Below are positions 1-10,606 of a stretch of 64,000 nucleotides of DNA, piece after piece. The notes beneath the pieces are model-generated. The model made no database searches and was not told the DNA's origin. It saw nothing but the letters and a program-made list of their open reading frames with translations. The translations under genes and the position numbers were made by a program. Every line of letters starts with the position of its first letter. Within the stretch, counting starts at the first letter, position 1. The DNA comes from Alphaproteobacteria bacterium. Its GTDB lineage: Bacteria > Pseudomonadota > Alphaproteobacteria > Rs-D84. The stretch is taken from positions 5,294 to 69,293 of the forward strand of contig WRKW01000002.1 of NCBI GenBank assembly GCA_009777955.1, read 5' to 3'.

Positions 1-272
1 TTCATCATTTTTAACAAATTTCTGCTCTACAGTCAAAGATGCCGCGCCAACGTTTTTCACGATTGTTTCCACGATAAAATCATCTGCTATACGCAAGGGT
101 TTCTTATATTTTGCAGATAATTCGACAACCGCGAATCCGATGCTTTCGGGTGCTGGCTTGAAAGTTTTCAGCCAGCTCATCCGTGCACGTTCCGCGATTT
201 CGACATATCGTGCGTGATATACAATTCCACCGGCATCCGTGTCGGCAAAAGCTATTTCAAATGGGAATATAT
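1..272 (-). CDS. ybgC: Acyl-CoA thioesterase, YbgC/4HBT family (N-terminal part; the gene continues beyond the window start)
   Basis: Reverse-strand translation from the ATG at 270-272 gives MKPHIFPFEIAFADTDAGGIVYHARYVEIAERARMSWLK..., a hot-dog thioesterase N-terminus (DxD..G.V.HA.Y). It lies downstream of ruvB, as in alphaproteobacterial ruvB-ybgC-tol clusters. Confidence 0.6.
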
Positions 273-281
273 GCGGTTTCA

Positions 282-473
282 TTATAATTGCTCCAATGCC
301 AGCCTGCATTCGGGCGATTTATCCACAAAGCTGACTATGGCATCCAGATAAAATGCGACTTCGCCCCTTTTTTTATATTGATAATGCGCGACCGGAATCA
401 TGGCGCACGCGCCGATAATAATGCCTGTTAATAAGGCCGCCGTTGCGGCAAGCAATACTTTTTTGTTTTTCAT
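282..473 (-). CDS. Small lipoprotein (YnbE-like, 63 aa)
   Basis: Signal peptide plus lipobox (..IIGAC) in a 63-aa product. Reading frame is tightly packed between the flanking genes. Confidence 0.45.
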   Translation of the reverse strand: MKNKKVLLAATAALLTGIIIGACAMIPVAHYQYKKRGEVAFYLDAIVSFVDKSPECRLALEQL

Positions 474-937
474 GACAACTCCTTTAAGGTTTTTTGAATA
501 AATTCTTTTTGCACATCGGTAAATTTGTATGTTGAAAGTGCGTATGATTCGTAAAAATCTATGACGGTTTTAAACTTCCCATATGCGTTCAGTTTTTGAA
601 TATTTGCTGCGCACCAATCGCAACACATTTCCGCCAACGCGATTTCCGGCATATCGGCTATGTCATCACCCCAATATTCTGGATGGTGCGGGTTTGTCGT
701 TTTATGATTCATAATACCCAATTCGCAATCTGCAAGCTGTTCCGTGCTTGGCGGTGCGTCTGAATCTGGACTGTACCTTTTCCATACATATGGTGCCATC
801 ATGGAACAGATCGGATCATGCAGCTTGTCTTTGTCGTGATCCGGAAAATGCAGCCCCAGTTTTTCTGCGAAACTGTTCACCAATGCGACGTGTTCTGTCC
901 GCTTGGATATATAAAAATTTTTCATTTCCGGTGTCAT
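470..937 (-). CDS. Hypothetical protein (155 aa)
   Basis: ORF ends 4 bp into the ruvB stop. No motif recognised with confidence. Confidence 0.4.
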   Translation of the reverse strand: MTPEMKNFYISKRTEHVALVNSFAEKLGLHFPDHDKDKLHDPICSMMAPYVWKRYSPDSDAPPSTEQLADCELGIMNHKTTNPHHPEYWGDDIADMPEIALAEMCCDWCAANIQKLNAYGKFKTVIDFYESYALSTYKFTDVQKEFIQKTLKELS

Positions 938-1944
938 TTCAAAGATGGGGAAAATCCCAGATGTATATACCCCTGCTCTGTCACTATGCGTCCACGTGGG
1001 GTACGTTGTATAAATCCCTGTTGCATCAGGTACGGTTCTATAACATCCTCGATGGTATCCACCGGTTCGGATAGGACGGCGGAAAGATTTTCTATTCCGA
1101 CCGGGCCGCCGGCATAATGCTTTACTATCGCGTTCATATATTCGCGGTCGATTTCGTCCAGTCCGGATTCATCGATTTTAAGCTGGCGCAAGGTAATATT
1201 GACAATATCGGATGTTATATGTCCGTCAGATGTTTGGGAATCAGCTGCCGCAAAATCCCGCGCGCGTTTTAACAGACGGTTTGCGATGCGTGGTGTTCCG
1301 CGTGATGAAATCGCCAATCGCAATGCGCCGTCGGGATCAATCCGAACACCGATTATATGCGCGCTGCGCAAGATTATTTTTGCCAAATCTTCGGACGAAT
1401 AAAAGTTCAAACGCATGTCGATGCCGAATCGGTCGCGCAATGGATTCGACAATAAACCGGTACGGGTTGTCGCACCGACCAGGGTAAATTGCGGAAGATC
1501 TATACGAACGCTTTTTGCCGACGGCCCTTCGCCCAGCATTATGTCCAGTTTAAAATCTTCCATTGCCGAATAAAGTACTTCTTCGATTGCTGTTGGCAAA
1601 CGGTGGATTTCATCTATGAATAGAACATCATGCGATTCAAGAGAGGTCAAAATTGCGGCCAGGTCGCCCTGTTTTGTAAGCATCGGTGCGGCGGTCGCGC
1701 GGAAATTCGTGCCAAGTTCGTTCGCGACTATATGCGCCAGTGTAGTTTTCCCCAGCCCCGGTGGCCCGTAAAGCAATACGTGATCCATGGCTTCGCGTCG
1801 CGCCCGTGCCGCCGAAATAAAAACATTCAGATTTTGTTTAAGATCTTCCTGGCCGACAAAATCCGACAGTTTTCGCGGCCGTATTGTCGCGGCCATTTCA
1901 TCTGGAATATTCGGGTCTATAAAACGGTCGGGTTTTTCTTTCAT
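934..1944 (-). CDS. ruvB: Holliday junction branch migration helicase RuvB
   Basis: Walker [12 protein letters not shown]. Typical RuvB N-terminus ([13 protein letters not shown]) and C-terminal winged-helix ([27 protein letters not shown]). Confidence 0.95.
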   Translation of the reverse strand: MKEKPDRFIDPNIPDEMAATIRPRKLSDFVGQEDLKQNLNVFISAARARREAMDHVLLYGPPGLGKTTLAHIVANELGTNFRATAAPMLTKQGDLAAILTSLESHDVLFIDEIHRLPTAIEEVLYSAMEDFKLDIMLGEGPSAKSVRIDLPQFTLVGATTRTGLLSNPLRDRFGIDMRLNFYSSEDLAKIILRSAHIIGVRIDPDGALRLAISSRGTPRIANRLLKRARDFAAADSQTSDGHITSDIVNITLRQLKIDESGLDEIDREYMNAIVKHYAGGPVGIENLSAVLSEPVDTIEDVIEPYLMQQGFIQRTPRGRIVTEQGYIHLGFSPSLK

Positions 1945-2058
1945 TGTATATAGATTTCACTGTTTTTTCAGTATTTTTCTGTGTTGTTACTGCGGCCTGT
2001 GCCGGATTGCGATTAGAGCTATTTTTTACCCCTAAAACCAGCAATCCGAAACCATAAA

Positions 2059-2718
2059 TCACAATAATTTATTTTCCTCGTTCTCTCTTCCTACATATGC
2101 TTTTACGTCGTTATATAACTGTTTCAATTCTGCCGGGGTCGAAAATTTTTCATCCGCCCCCTTGATGTGTATTGTTTCAAGCGTTATCTGTGCATGCTTT
2201 TTCAGTATATGTGTAAGATGGGGGCCAAATGCCTGTGCATCTTCGTTTTCGTTCGCGCCCTGAAGCAACAGTCCGCGGTTTGGCCTTGGCGAAAGGAATG
2301 CAAAATCCGACACCCCATAATCTGGCGAAATCAATGTAAATCCCGATACTTCTGGCCGGCGCATCATGGCTTGTAATACATACCAGGCACCAATATGATT
2401 GCCAGACAGCCATATTTTGTCGCTGTCTTCGTTCTGATTCTGTATCCAGTCTATGACGGTGGCGATGTCGATCATATTGTCGGTTGTGGCCCCCAGGGTG
2501 CCTTCGGAATCGCCAACCCCGCGATAATTAAATCGTGCAACAGAAAACCCGATGTCCATATAGGCCCGAAATAAAGCATATGAAATCCTGTCATTCATGT
2601 GGTATCCGGCACGTGGATTTCCAGAAAGAACCACGGCCAGCGGGGCGATATCCGTGGCGGATTTGTGATATACAGCGTGAAGTTTGCCAGCCTCGCCGGG
2701 AATGATAACGTCAACCAT
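2059..2718 (-). CDS. Alpha/beta hydrolase (219 aa)
   Basis: Nucleophile elbow-like LSGNHIGA region and overall alpha/beta-hydrolase-like layout. Confidence 0.6.
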   Translation of the reverse strand: MVDVIIPGEAGKLHAVYHKSATDIAPLAVVLSGNPRAGYHMNDRISYALFRAYMDIGFSVARFNYRGVGDSEGTLGATTDNMIDIATVIDWIQNQNEDSDKIWLSGNHIGAWYVLQAMMRRPEVSGFTLISPDYGVSDFAFLSPRPNRGLLLQGANENEDAQAFGPHLTHILKKHAQITLETIHIKGADEKFSTPAELKQLYNDVKAYVGRENEENKLL

Positions 2719-2839
2719 TTATTGCTCCTTTTGATGGTTTATACAACATTATGATTTAAAATTTCAACAGTATTTTTTGACTTGCCAAGCAATGCGCAAT
2801 TGTTCTAATATTCGGTTAAGCAAAAGAGAGGATTCCGTA

Positions 2840-3814
2840 ATGCAGCAAATTTTTTACATCAAAAAGGCACGAAAGCCCGTATTATGGCAATATGCCGCCA
2901 TGTTTGCCGCGATGATGTTCCCTGTCGAGCTGAATGCATCATTGTTCGGTGCGCGCCAACCGGACAATTCATTTCAACAGGTAGTATATACGGAAACCCC
3001 GGTATCTTCCTATCATTCCTATCCGGATGATCCTAATTTTGTTCCGGAAAGCTTTTTCATGATGCGGACGGACAGCCTTAATTATGACAATAACATAGAA
3101 GCAGCCCGAATGGCGGAAGCGAACGCCCATCCCGGTGCCAGAATTTCATTTGCGGATCGTCCGACGATAGTCTGTCGCGATTTTGGTTGTACGAAAATGA
3201 ATGACCGTATAACCCGTACTTTTCTGTTTAATTCGCTTACGAACATGTTTATGATGAATGCCCATTCAAGGATGTATATTTGCGAGGCCGATCCTTTTAC
3301 GCGCGCATGTATATATGCCGGAATATCTTTTCCCGCACGTGCCGGAATTGCGAATGCAATGGTAAAAATTCCGAAAATAACTATTGATCAGGTCAATCTT
3401 TCCACCGGACTGTCAAAAGCAATGATAGGAATGAGTTACGAGCTTTTGATAAACGGGGTTCAGGTTCGTTGCGCGCCAACAGTTACCGATATAGTCGTGC
3501 CAACCAATGCTCAATCCACTTTGATATCCAGGGAATTTGCATGTGGCATGACGACCGACGGATATACAAATGTTTCGTTCATGTTTAATATCGACTATAT
3601 AGATTTGGACTATGGATTGTTGGGTGGGTATTATTCGCTGGGCTTACAGGGGCCATCTATGGGTGGCGGAACCGGATACGCCCTGTTCAAAACCGAATAT
3701 TCTAATGCAGGGCTACGGGCTAATAATGCCGGTATTACTGGTTCACAGCTTCCGGTTGGAACCCAAACCGCTATACGTCCGGGTGAATATGCGGTGGAAC
3801 CCCTGGAAAAATAA
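2840..3814 (+). CDS. Hypothetical secreted/outer-membrane protein
   Basis: RBS agagagga precedes the ATG at 2840. Hydrophobic N-terminus. Gly/Tyr-rich C-terminus ending in F/aromatic residues. Confidence 0.45.
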   Translation: MQQIFYIKKARKPVLWQYAAMFAAMMFPVELNASLFGARQPDNSFQQVVYTETPVSSYHSYPDDPNFVPESFFMMRTDSLNYDNNIEAARMAEANAHPGARISFADRPTIVCRDFGCTKMNDRITRTFLFNSLTNMFMMNAHSRMYICEADPFTRACIYAGISFPARAGIANAMVKIPKITIDQVNLSTGLSKAMIGMSYELLINGVQVRCAPTVTDIVVPTNAQSTLISREFACGMTTDGYTNVSFMFNIDYIDLDYGLLGGYYSLGLQGPSMGGGTGYALFKTEYSNAGLRANNAGITGSQLPVGTQTAIRPGEYAVEPLEK

Positions 3815-3878
3815 AAGCATGAAGCGTGCGGGTGCAAGATAAAGTTATTTGCTTCACGTTTCTTGTTCCTTGTGTCTT

Positions 3879-4508
3879 ATGATTATGAATAAAGCCATTC
3901 TTATTATAGACGATGATGCTGTGCTCCGGGTTTCGCTGGCAAAGGGGCTTCGTCAAAATGGCTTTAATGTTGTAACAGCAGACAGTGCCGAAACGGCCGG
4001 AAAAATCCTTGAAAGGCTTAAATTTGATGCGATTATTCTGGATAGAATGATGACGGGTGTCGATGGACTGACCGCCTTGCGGCAATGGCGTTCCAGTAAT
4101 ATGACTGCTCCGGTTATTATGCTTACCGCGTTGTCGGGGTCGGAAAACGCGATAGCTGGACTGGAAGGCGGCGCGGATGACTATCTTGCAAAACCTTTCA
4201 GTTTAAAGGAATTAATTCTAAGACTTAATAATGCAATGAAAATATCGGTACAGGTACCTGTGCCAGTAATGCCAAAGGGATTAAAGATTGTTGATGGCGA
4301 ATTTTTTGTCGGGCAGAAACTGCTTGCATTATCGACAGTTGAAAAAAAGTTGCTTTCTGCGCTTACTTTACCCACGGGAAGCATTGTTGCCGCCGCACCC
4401 ATGACCGCAAAGCGTTTACGGGAAAAGCTGTCCGCTGCCCTGCCCTGTATTGATATTTTGACAATCAGGGGAAAAGGGTATAAACTAGTTCCAGTCGCTG
4501 GTCGTTAA
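3879..4508 (+). CDS. Two-component response regulator (OmpR family)
   Basis: Receiver-domain motifs: IIDDD, phospho-acceptor D in IILDRMMTGVDG, and LTA...GADDYLAKPF. C-terminal winged-helix ending GYKLVPV. Confidence 0.8.
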   Translation: MIMNKAILIIDDDAVLRVSLAKGLRQNGFNVVTADSAETAGKILERLKFDAIILDRMMTGVDGLTALRQWRSSNMTAPVIMLTALSGSENAIAGLEGGADDYLAKPFSLKELILRLNNAMKISVQVPVPVMPKGLKIVDGEFFVGQKLLALSTVEKKLLSALTLPTGSIVAAAPMTAKRLREKLSAALPCIDILTIRGKGYKLVPVAGR

Positions 4509-4559
4509 TCATTAATCCATTTTTTGAACGGCTATCGGCGGAAACCAAAGGTTTTTGAA

Positions 4560-5837
4560 ATGAAGTTATTTCCGCGCAGTTTTTTCTGGCGAACAGCTTT
4601 GATGATTGTTGTACCGCTGATTATCGTGCAATTAATAATGTCGAATGTTTTCTTTGGCAACCACTGGGGGCGCATACATGCATTAATGGCGAATACTCTG
4701 TCCAGCGAAATCGCGACCATGATAAGCCTTATGGATAGTGGAAATATGTCCGCTATGGAAACATTGGCGAAAAATTCCAGAATCAATATGTCGGTAAACG
4801 CAAAGCTGAATCGTCCAAAGCGTGACGATAATGATTCCAGAGAGGTTGGTCATCTGGCTGCGAATTTAAAGGAAAGGATAAAAGAACCCGTATCTGTTTA
4901 TGTTGACCGGGGAAATCGGTTGTTATTTGTGGATGTGCCGCGGGACGGTAAAATCGTAACTTTTGCGACATCACTTCGCCGGGTGTATTCGACTTCGACG
5001 GATGTGTTCGCCATCTGGCTTGTCGCCAGTGCCCTGCTTGTGACGATTCTGGTGTCGCCCTTTGTAATCATGCATACCCGTTCCATAACCCGCATAGCAA
5101 AGGCCGCCGGTCGATTCGGTCGGGGACTGGACGCGCCGGGGTTCAAGCCATCGGGTTCAAAAGAGATTCGCGAAGCTGCGCATGCTTTGATTACAATGAA
5201 AGAACGTTTGAACAGATACAACCGCACCCGTACAGACATGCTGAATGCTGTATCGCATGATTTAAAAACTCCGTTGACGCGTATGCGCCTGTCTGTGGAA
5301 ACCGATTCGGCGGTAAAAAAGGTATTGCTTCGTGATATAGACAGGATGACGGATATGGTAAACGGATATCTGGCATTCGCGCGCGGCGAAATACCAGAAA
5401 TAGAACAAGAAATTGCCCTGCCCGCGATGCTTATGCGTATTGCGCGCGATGATGCGCCGGACAAGAAAATTGCAACCAATTTTCCGGAAAATCCAGTGAT
5501 GTTTTATGCGCGTCCGACCGCCCTGGCGCGCGCTTTTCAGAATATAGTTGCGAACGCGGCACAGTATGCGAAATCGAAAATAGAAATTACGGAAACCGAT
5601 TCGTCGGAACAAATAACAATAATAATCGACGATGACGGGCCAGGAATCCCGGTTGATAAGCGTGCTGATGCCTTGCGGCCTTTTGTGCGGTTGGATGGGG
5701 CACGTTCAGATGCTACCGGTGGTACGGGTCTTGGACTTTCCATAGCCCAGACGGCGATTGAAAACCATGGCGGACAGATATTGCTGGAAGATTCCCCATT
5801 GGGTGGCCTGCGCGTGCGTGTTGTGCTTCCGATATAA
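4560..5837 (+). CDS. Sensor histidine kinase (EnvZ-like)
   Basis: Two transmembrane segments. H-box (HDLKTPLTRMRL), N-box (NIVANAAQYA) and G-boxes (DDDGPGIP, GGTGLGLSI). Confidence 0.85.
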   Translation: MKLFPRSFFWRTALMIVVPLIIVQLIMSNVFFGNHWGRIHALMANTLSSEIATMISLMDSGNMSAMETLAKNSRINMSVNAKLNRPKRDDNDSREVGHLAANLKERIKEPVSVYVDRGNRLLFVDVPRDGKIVTFATSLRRVYSTSTDVFAIWLVASALLVTILVSPFVIMHTRSITRIAKAAGRFGRGLDAPGFKPSGSKEIREAAHALITMKERLNRYNRTRTDMLNAVSHDLKTPLTRMRLSVETDSAVKKVLLRDIDRMTDMVNGYLAFARGEIPEIEQEIALPAMLMRIARDDAPDKKIATNFPENPVMFYARPTALARAFQNIVANAAQYAKSKIEITETDSSEQITIIIDDDGPGIPVDKRADALRPFVRLDGARSDATGGTGLGLSIAQTAIENHGGQILLEDSPLGGLRVRVVLPI

Positions 5838-5853
5838 AAAGGGAATTTCAGTA

Positions 5854-6864
5854 ATGAAAATAGATCTTGTTTATTTATGGGTGGATGGATCCGATAAGAA
5901 ATGGCTTGCGAAAAAGAATGTATCATTGGCCGCTGGCGGCCGTCCGCTGGCCAACAATGCGACCCGCGATTCCCGATGGGATGATAATGACGAATTGAAA
6001 TATTCCTTGCGGTCTGCCGAAAAATTCGCGCCATGGATAAACCATATTTACATAATTACCGACGATCAGCGGCCAAGTTGGTTTAAAAGCAGCAACCGCA
6101 TTACAGTTATTGATCATCGTGATATAATTCCAAAAGAATATCTTCCGACATTCAATTCTTCGATGATCGAAATGTTTTTGCATAACATTCCGGGTTTGTC
6201 GGAACATTTTTTGTTTGCAAATGACGATTTCTTTTTCGGCGCGTCTGTCGGATCGGAATTCTTTTTTGATGCCGATGGAAACCCCATTGTGATCGCTGCG
6301 TCGCGCCGTTGGTCTTTGTCGCGTCGCGAAAATGACCAAAGCAGGCACCGTCTGTTTTTCAGAACCATCCGCAACAGCGCACGGCTGGTCTATTCGGTGT
6401 TCGGTCTTGGATACAATCTTACCATGAAGCATGCGATAGAGCCGATGCGAAAATCGTATCTGGCGGATAATATCAACCAATTTCGTGAAAATTTCTTGTC
6501 CACTACCGTGACACCATTCCGCGAAAATATAAACATTCAGCGCATAGTCTTTCCGATGTTGGATAACGCAAAAGGGCGTAATACGATTGTATTTAACTGG
6601 CGCGACGGCCAGAAACGAATCGCCTATGATGTACGCCGCGATTCGTTTTTTTATCGTTTAAGGCTGCGGCTGCGTTGGCTGGCCGCGACAGTATCGGGTC
6701 GGATAAAGTACGATCAGTTTGACAAGAATTTCTGCCTGCTGGGTCATTTGAAGAAATATCGTCCGAAAGAATTTTGTATAAATAACATTCCGGAAAAAAA
6801 GCTGGCTATTGTGACCGGATTTTTAAAAGAAATGTTTCCGGAAAAATCAGAATTTGAAAAGTAA
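5854..6864 (+). CDS. Stealth-family capsule/exopolysaccharide hexose-1-phosphotransferase
   Basis: CR1-like motif DLVYLWVDGSDKKW and CR2-like motif FLFANDDFFFG. Confidence 0.65.
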   Translation: MKIDLVYLWVDGSDKKWLAKKNVSLAAGGRPLANNATRDSRWDDNDELKYSLRSAEKFAPWINHIYIITDDQRPSWFKSSNRITVIDHRDIIPKEYLPTFNSSMIEMFLHNIPGLSEHFLFANDDFFFGASVGSEFFFDADGNPIVIAASRRWSLSRRENDQSRHRLFFRTIRNSARLVYSVFGLGYNLTMKHAIEPMRKSYLADNINQFRENFLSTTVTPFRENINIQRIVFPMLDNAKGRNTIVFNWRDGQKRIAYDVRRDSFFYRLRLRLRWLAATVSGRIKYDQFDKNFCLLGHLKKYRPKEFCINNIPEKKLAIVTGFLKEMFPEKSEFEK

Positions 6865-6922
6865 ATAAAAATGATCCGGCAAGAGAGCCTGTCCTTTGTA
6901 GCACGAAAGGTGCCCTATAATT

Positions 6923-7900
6923 CTATTTGGCGAATTTTTTCAGCTTGATGAACCATATCACCCTTGTGATGGATAGCCGTCCCAACCGCAACCAGCCGCG
7001 AGCCTTTGCGTCACAAAGCCATTCTCTGAAAAGCGGCCAAAGTTCTGTTTGTGATTCTTTCGGCATGCGTTTGATTCTTTTGTAAATGGTTCGTGCGTCA
7101 TTGAAAAGATATTTTATAAAAATATTCTTTATTCTTTTTGGCTCGTCTTTGTATAAATCATATATGATATTGTATGCTGTGTGGTAATCGTTTATATGTT
7201 TTGCGGCAACCCGTGCCCGTGTTATAGATTCCGAAAATTCGGAATAATAATACAAATTTTCGTTTGTAAAGACTGTGCGGGGATTTTTTTTCACCAATGT
7301 TGCAGTATGGATAAGATCTTCCCAATATAATCCTGACAAAAAGGGTATTTTGTTAAATAATTCGCGCCGGAATAATTTCAGCGGGCTTTTGACATACATT
7401 GAAAAGTTATATCTGCGTTTTCCAATATGGAATATAGGATTGTCTGATATTATAACGCGTATCTTGTCGATGGAATCATATTTTTGGAATTTTGGAAAAA
7501 TATTCGGGTGTGCGCCATTTTGGCGTTCCAGATCTTTGTCCCATACGAATGTGACCATATCGGCATTATGCCGAATGGCCAGTCCGTGTGTAATTTCCAA
7601 TAATTGTGGGTGTATAAAATCGTCGCTGTCCAGGAAATATACGAATTTACCGCGTGCAGCCGAAATACCGGTGTTTCTTGCTGTGGATACCCCGGCATTC
7701 TTTTGTGTTATTATTTCTATATTTTTGTATTTATTTGCGTATTCTTTTAAAATATTGCCAGAATTGTCCGGGCTGCCGTCATTTACGCAAATTATTTCAA
7801 AATCCTTGAAAGTTTGGTTTAAAACGGAATCCAGACACCGCGAAAGAAATTTTTCGGTCTTATATACGGGGATGATTACAGATACTGTTGGAATTTTCAT
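6923..7900 (-). CDS. Family 2 glycosyltransferase
   Basis: VSVIIPVYKTEKFLSRCLDSVLNQT...ICVNDGSPDNS, and DSDD in YFLDSDDFIH. Start taken at the internal MKIPTVS. Confidence 0.8.
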   Translation of the reverse strand: MKIPTVSVIIPVYKTEKFLSRCLDSVLNQTFKDFEIICVNDGSPDNSGNILKEYANKYKNIEIITQKNAGVSTARNTGISAARGKFVYFLDSDDFIHPQLLEITHGLAIRHNADMVTFVWDKDLERQNGAHPNIFPKFQKYDSIDKIRVIISDNPIFHIGKRRYNFSMYVKSPLKLFRRELFNKIPFLSGLYWEDLIHTATLVKKNPRTVFTNENLYYYSEFSESITRARVAAKHINDYHTAYNIIYDLYKDEPKRIKNIFIKYLFNDARTIYKRIKRMPKESQTELWPLFREWLCDAKARGWLRLGRLSITRVIWFIKLKKFAK

Positions 7901-7973
7901 GTCGCAATTATAGATAGCAATTTGTGGAAAGGCAATGGAAAATAATCCCCGGTTTTTGAACCGGGGGTTGTTT

Positions 7974-9878
7974 TTACTTTTTTTCTTCAAAATCCGCATC
8001 AGTGGCTTCTTGCCCGTTTTCGTCCGCTGCGGATGCCTCTGGTTCGGTTTTGGCTTCTTGTGCTTCCTGGGCTTGTTTGTAAATAATTTCGCCCAGTTTC
8101 ATTGCCTTTTCGGTAAGCGTCTCGGTTTTTGATTTCAAAGCTTCGGCCGTCGCATCGGTCTTTGCCAATTCATCCGCCAAATCTTTTTTGGCAGATTCAA
8201 TTCCGTCACGCGTTGCCGCGTCTAATTTGTCGCCATGTTCTTTCAAAGATTTTTCTATTGAATGAATCGCGGTTTCCCCCAAATTTCGCGTTTCGACAAC
8301 TTCACGCCGCTTTTTATCCGTTTCGGCATTTGCTTCGGCTTCGGCAACCATCTTTTTTATATCATCTTCGGAAAGTCCGCCGTCTGATTTAATCGATATT
8401 GCTTGTTCTTTTCCGGTGCCTTTGTCTTTTGCTGATACGTGAACTATGCCATTTGCGTCTATATCGAATGATACTTCGATTTGTGGCATTCCGCGTGGTG
8501 CCGGTGCTATACCTTCCAGATTGAATTGCCCCAGTAATTTATTATCTGTGGCCATATCGCGTTCGCCTTGGAACACACGGATGGTCACGGCATTCTGGTT
8601 ATCTTCTGCGGTAGAAAATACCTGGGATTTTTTCGTAGGAATCGTAGTATTGCGGTCTATAAGGCGGGTGAAAACACCACCCAATGTTTCAATGCCCAAA
8701 GACAATGGGGTAACGTCCAAAAGCAGAACATCCTTTACATCGCCTTTTAAAACACCGCCCTGGATTGCCGCACCTTGGGCAACTACTTCGTCTGGGTTTA
8801 CCCCCTTGTGCGGTTCTTTGCCAAAAAATTCTTTTACGGCTTTTTGCACTTTCGGCATGCGGGTTTGTCCGCCGACCAGAATTATTTCGTTGATTTGCGA
8901 CTTGTCCAATCCTGCATCGGCCAGTGCTTTGCGGCATGGGTCAATGGAACGTTCTATCAAATCTTCGACCAAAGATTCAAGTCGGGCGCGTGACAACGGA
9001 ATATTCAGATGTTTCGGCCCGCTTGCATCTGCGGTTATGAATGGAAGATTTATGTCACTTGTCTCTTTGGATGACAATTCGATTTTCGCCTTTTCCGCGG
9101 CTTCTTTCAGACGTTGCAGTGCCAGCTTATCCCCCGACAAATCAATGCCACTTTGCTTTTTGAACTCATCGACCAGATATTGTAGAACACGCTTGTCAAA
9201 ATCCGCCCCACCCAATTCGGTGTCGCCGTTTGTTGCTTTTACTTCGAATACCCCGTCGATAATTTCCAGAATGGATATGTCAAATGTTCCCCCACCCAAA
9301 TCGTATACAGCGACAATACCGTTCTTTTCTTTTTCCAGCCCGTATGCAAGCGCGGCCGCCGTTGGTTCATTTACAATACGCAACACATTCAACCCGGCGA
9401 TTCGACCCGCGTCTTTTGTCGCCTGGCGTTGAGAGTCGTTAAAATAGGCCGGAACAGTGATTACCGCGTCATTTATAGTTTCGCCAAGGTATGCCTCAGC
9501 ATCTTTTTTTAATTTGCCAAGAATTATTGCGGATAATTGCGATGGGGCGTATTTTTTGCCCTCGATTTCAACCCAAGCGTCGCCATTGTCGCCCTCAACG
9601 ATTTTATACGGTATATGTTTTTTAATTTCGGCGATGGTCGGACTGTCGAATCGCAAACCCATAAGACGCTTTATTTCATATATGGTATTTTCGGGATTAG
9701 TGACAGCCTGGTTCTTCGCGGTAATTCCGACCAGCTGTTCCCCGCTGGATGTAAATGCCACAACGGACGGGGTTGTCCGCTGGCCTTCTTGATTTTCTAT
9801 TATTTTCGGATCCGCGCCATCCATAAACGCCATTGCGCTGTTGGTGGTACCCAAATCGATACCCAAAACTTTTGCCAT
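7974..9878 (-). CDS. dnaK: Molecular chaperone DnaK (Hsp70)
   Basis: Full-length Hsp70 signatures: [16 protein letters not shown], and an acidic C-terminus. Confidence 0.97.
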   Translation of the reverse strand: MAKVLGIDLGTTNSAMAFMDGADPKIIENQEGQRTTPSVVAFTSSGEQLVGITAKNQAVTNPENTIYEIKRLMGLRFDSPTIAEIKKHIPYKIVEGDNGDAWVEIEGKKYAPSQLSAIILGKLKKDAEAYLGETINDAVITVPAYFNDSQRQATKDAGRIAGLNVLRIVNEPTAAALAYGLEKEKNGIVAVYDLGGGTFDISILEIIDGVFEVKATNGDTELGGADFDKRVLQYLVDEFKKQSGIDLSGDKLALQRLKEAAEKAKIELSSKETSDINLPFITADASGPKHLNIPLSRARLESLVEDLIERSIDPCRKALADAGLDKSQINEIILVGGQTRMPKVQKAVKEFFGKEPHKGVNPDEVVAQGAAIQGGVLKGDVKDVLLLDVTPLSLGIETLGGVFTRLIDRNTTIPTKKSQVFSTAEDNQNAVTIRVFQGERDMATDNKLLGQFNLEGIAPAPRGMPQIEVSFDIDANGIVHVSAKDKGTGKEQAISIKSDGGLSEDDIKKMVAEAEANAETDKKRREVVETRNLGETAIHSIEKSLKEHGDKLDAATRDGIESAKKDLADELAKTDATAEALKSKTETLTEKAMKLGEIIYKQAQEAQEAKTEPEASAADENGQEATDADFEEKK

Positions 9879-9904
9879 TTCAGTTACTCCTTTTTTTAAA
9901 TTGG

Positions 9905-9945
9905 TCGCGCGGTATATAGTTAAAAAAAATCCCCAGTCAAGGGGG
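9905..9945 (-). promoter_or_regulatory. Candidate RpoH (sigma32)-type heat-shock promoter upstream of dnaK
   Basis: On the minus strand: CTTGACT, about 17-18 nt, CTATATAC. This resembles the alphaproteobacterial RpoH consensus CTTG-N17/18-CYTATNT. It is followed by AAGGAG and the ATG at 9878. Confidence 0.35.
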
Positions 9946-9949
9946 AGGC

Positions 9950-10606
9950 TTATAACTTTTTCTTATTTATCTTTCTGAATACTTTCCACCACCGGAATAA
10001 TGCAGCTGTATCGTTGCATCCGAACATGAACACTGCCGCCAGCATAAGATATGATCCCGCCAGCCAGAACAGAAATATTCCCGCAATGTCCGTGATTATG
10101 AACAGTGCCCAAACTTCGATTTTTTTTCGTGCCAGCAACAGTATTCCGATAACCCCGGCCGCCATAGAAAAATAATCCAAAGCACCAATCGTGCCGTTTG
10201 CTGTAATTCCGAATGCGGCTGCAAAGATTACGGCAAATGCGATTCCGATTCGTGGCAATGGACTTAAAAATGTGGGGCGGATTATTTTTCCCTTTTTTTT
10301 CACTGGTCTGATCCATGAATACAGTGCGATAAAATTCATTGTCACAAGAAACAGGGACAATATGACTTGACCTGTCAGACCCAGTCCCGTGAAATAAAGT
10401 GCAAGCAATGCGTTTCCGATGGCGGCAATGGCCAATCCGGATGGCAATTCGCGTTTTTGCAGCGGTCTTGATATTACAAGGGACAGTACGGCGCAAAGTT
10501 CCAGAATTGGTATCTTTACGGAACCAAAGAAATATGACATTACCGCCAATGCCAATATCAAATACGGAAAAACCAAAAGATCAAAGTTTTTTCTAAGAAA
10601 GTTCAT
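9950..10606 (-). CDS. Polytopic membrane protein, PnuC-like (nicotinamide riboside transporter family, tentative)
   Basis: Seven to eight hydrophobic helices. Tentatively PnuC-like on a loose resemblance ([10 protein letters not shown] here vs E. coli PnuC ANIYGWYAW). Confidence 0.4.
   Translation of the reverse strand: MNFLRKNFDLLVFPYLILALAVMSYFFGSVKIPILELCAVLSLVISRPLQKRELPSGLAIAAIGNALLALYFTGLGLTGQVILSLFLVTMNFIALYSWIRPVKKKGKIIRPTFLSPLPRIGIAFAVIFAAAFGITANGTIGALDYFSMAAGVIGILLLARKKIEVWALFIITDIAGIFLFWLAGSYLMLAAVFMFGCNDTAALFRWWKVFRKINKKKL

Noticed and set aside
4898-5479. 193-aa minus-strand ORF
   Set aside because: It is antisense within the histidine kinase gene.
8446-9432. 328-aa plus-strand ORF
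   Set aside because: It lies entirely antisense to dnaK. It is a Ser/Pro/Ala-rich translation typical of an antisense frame.
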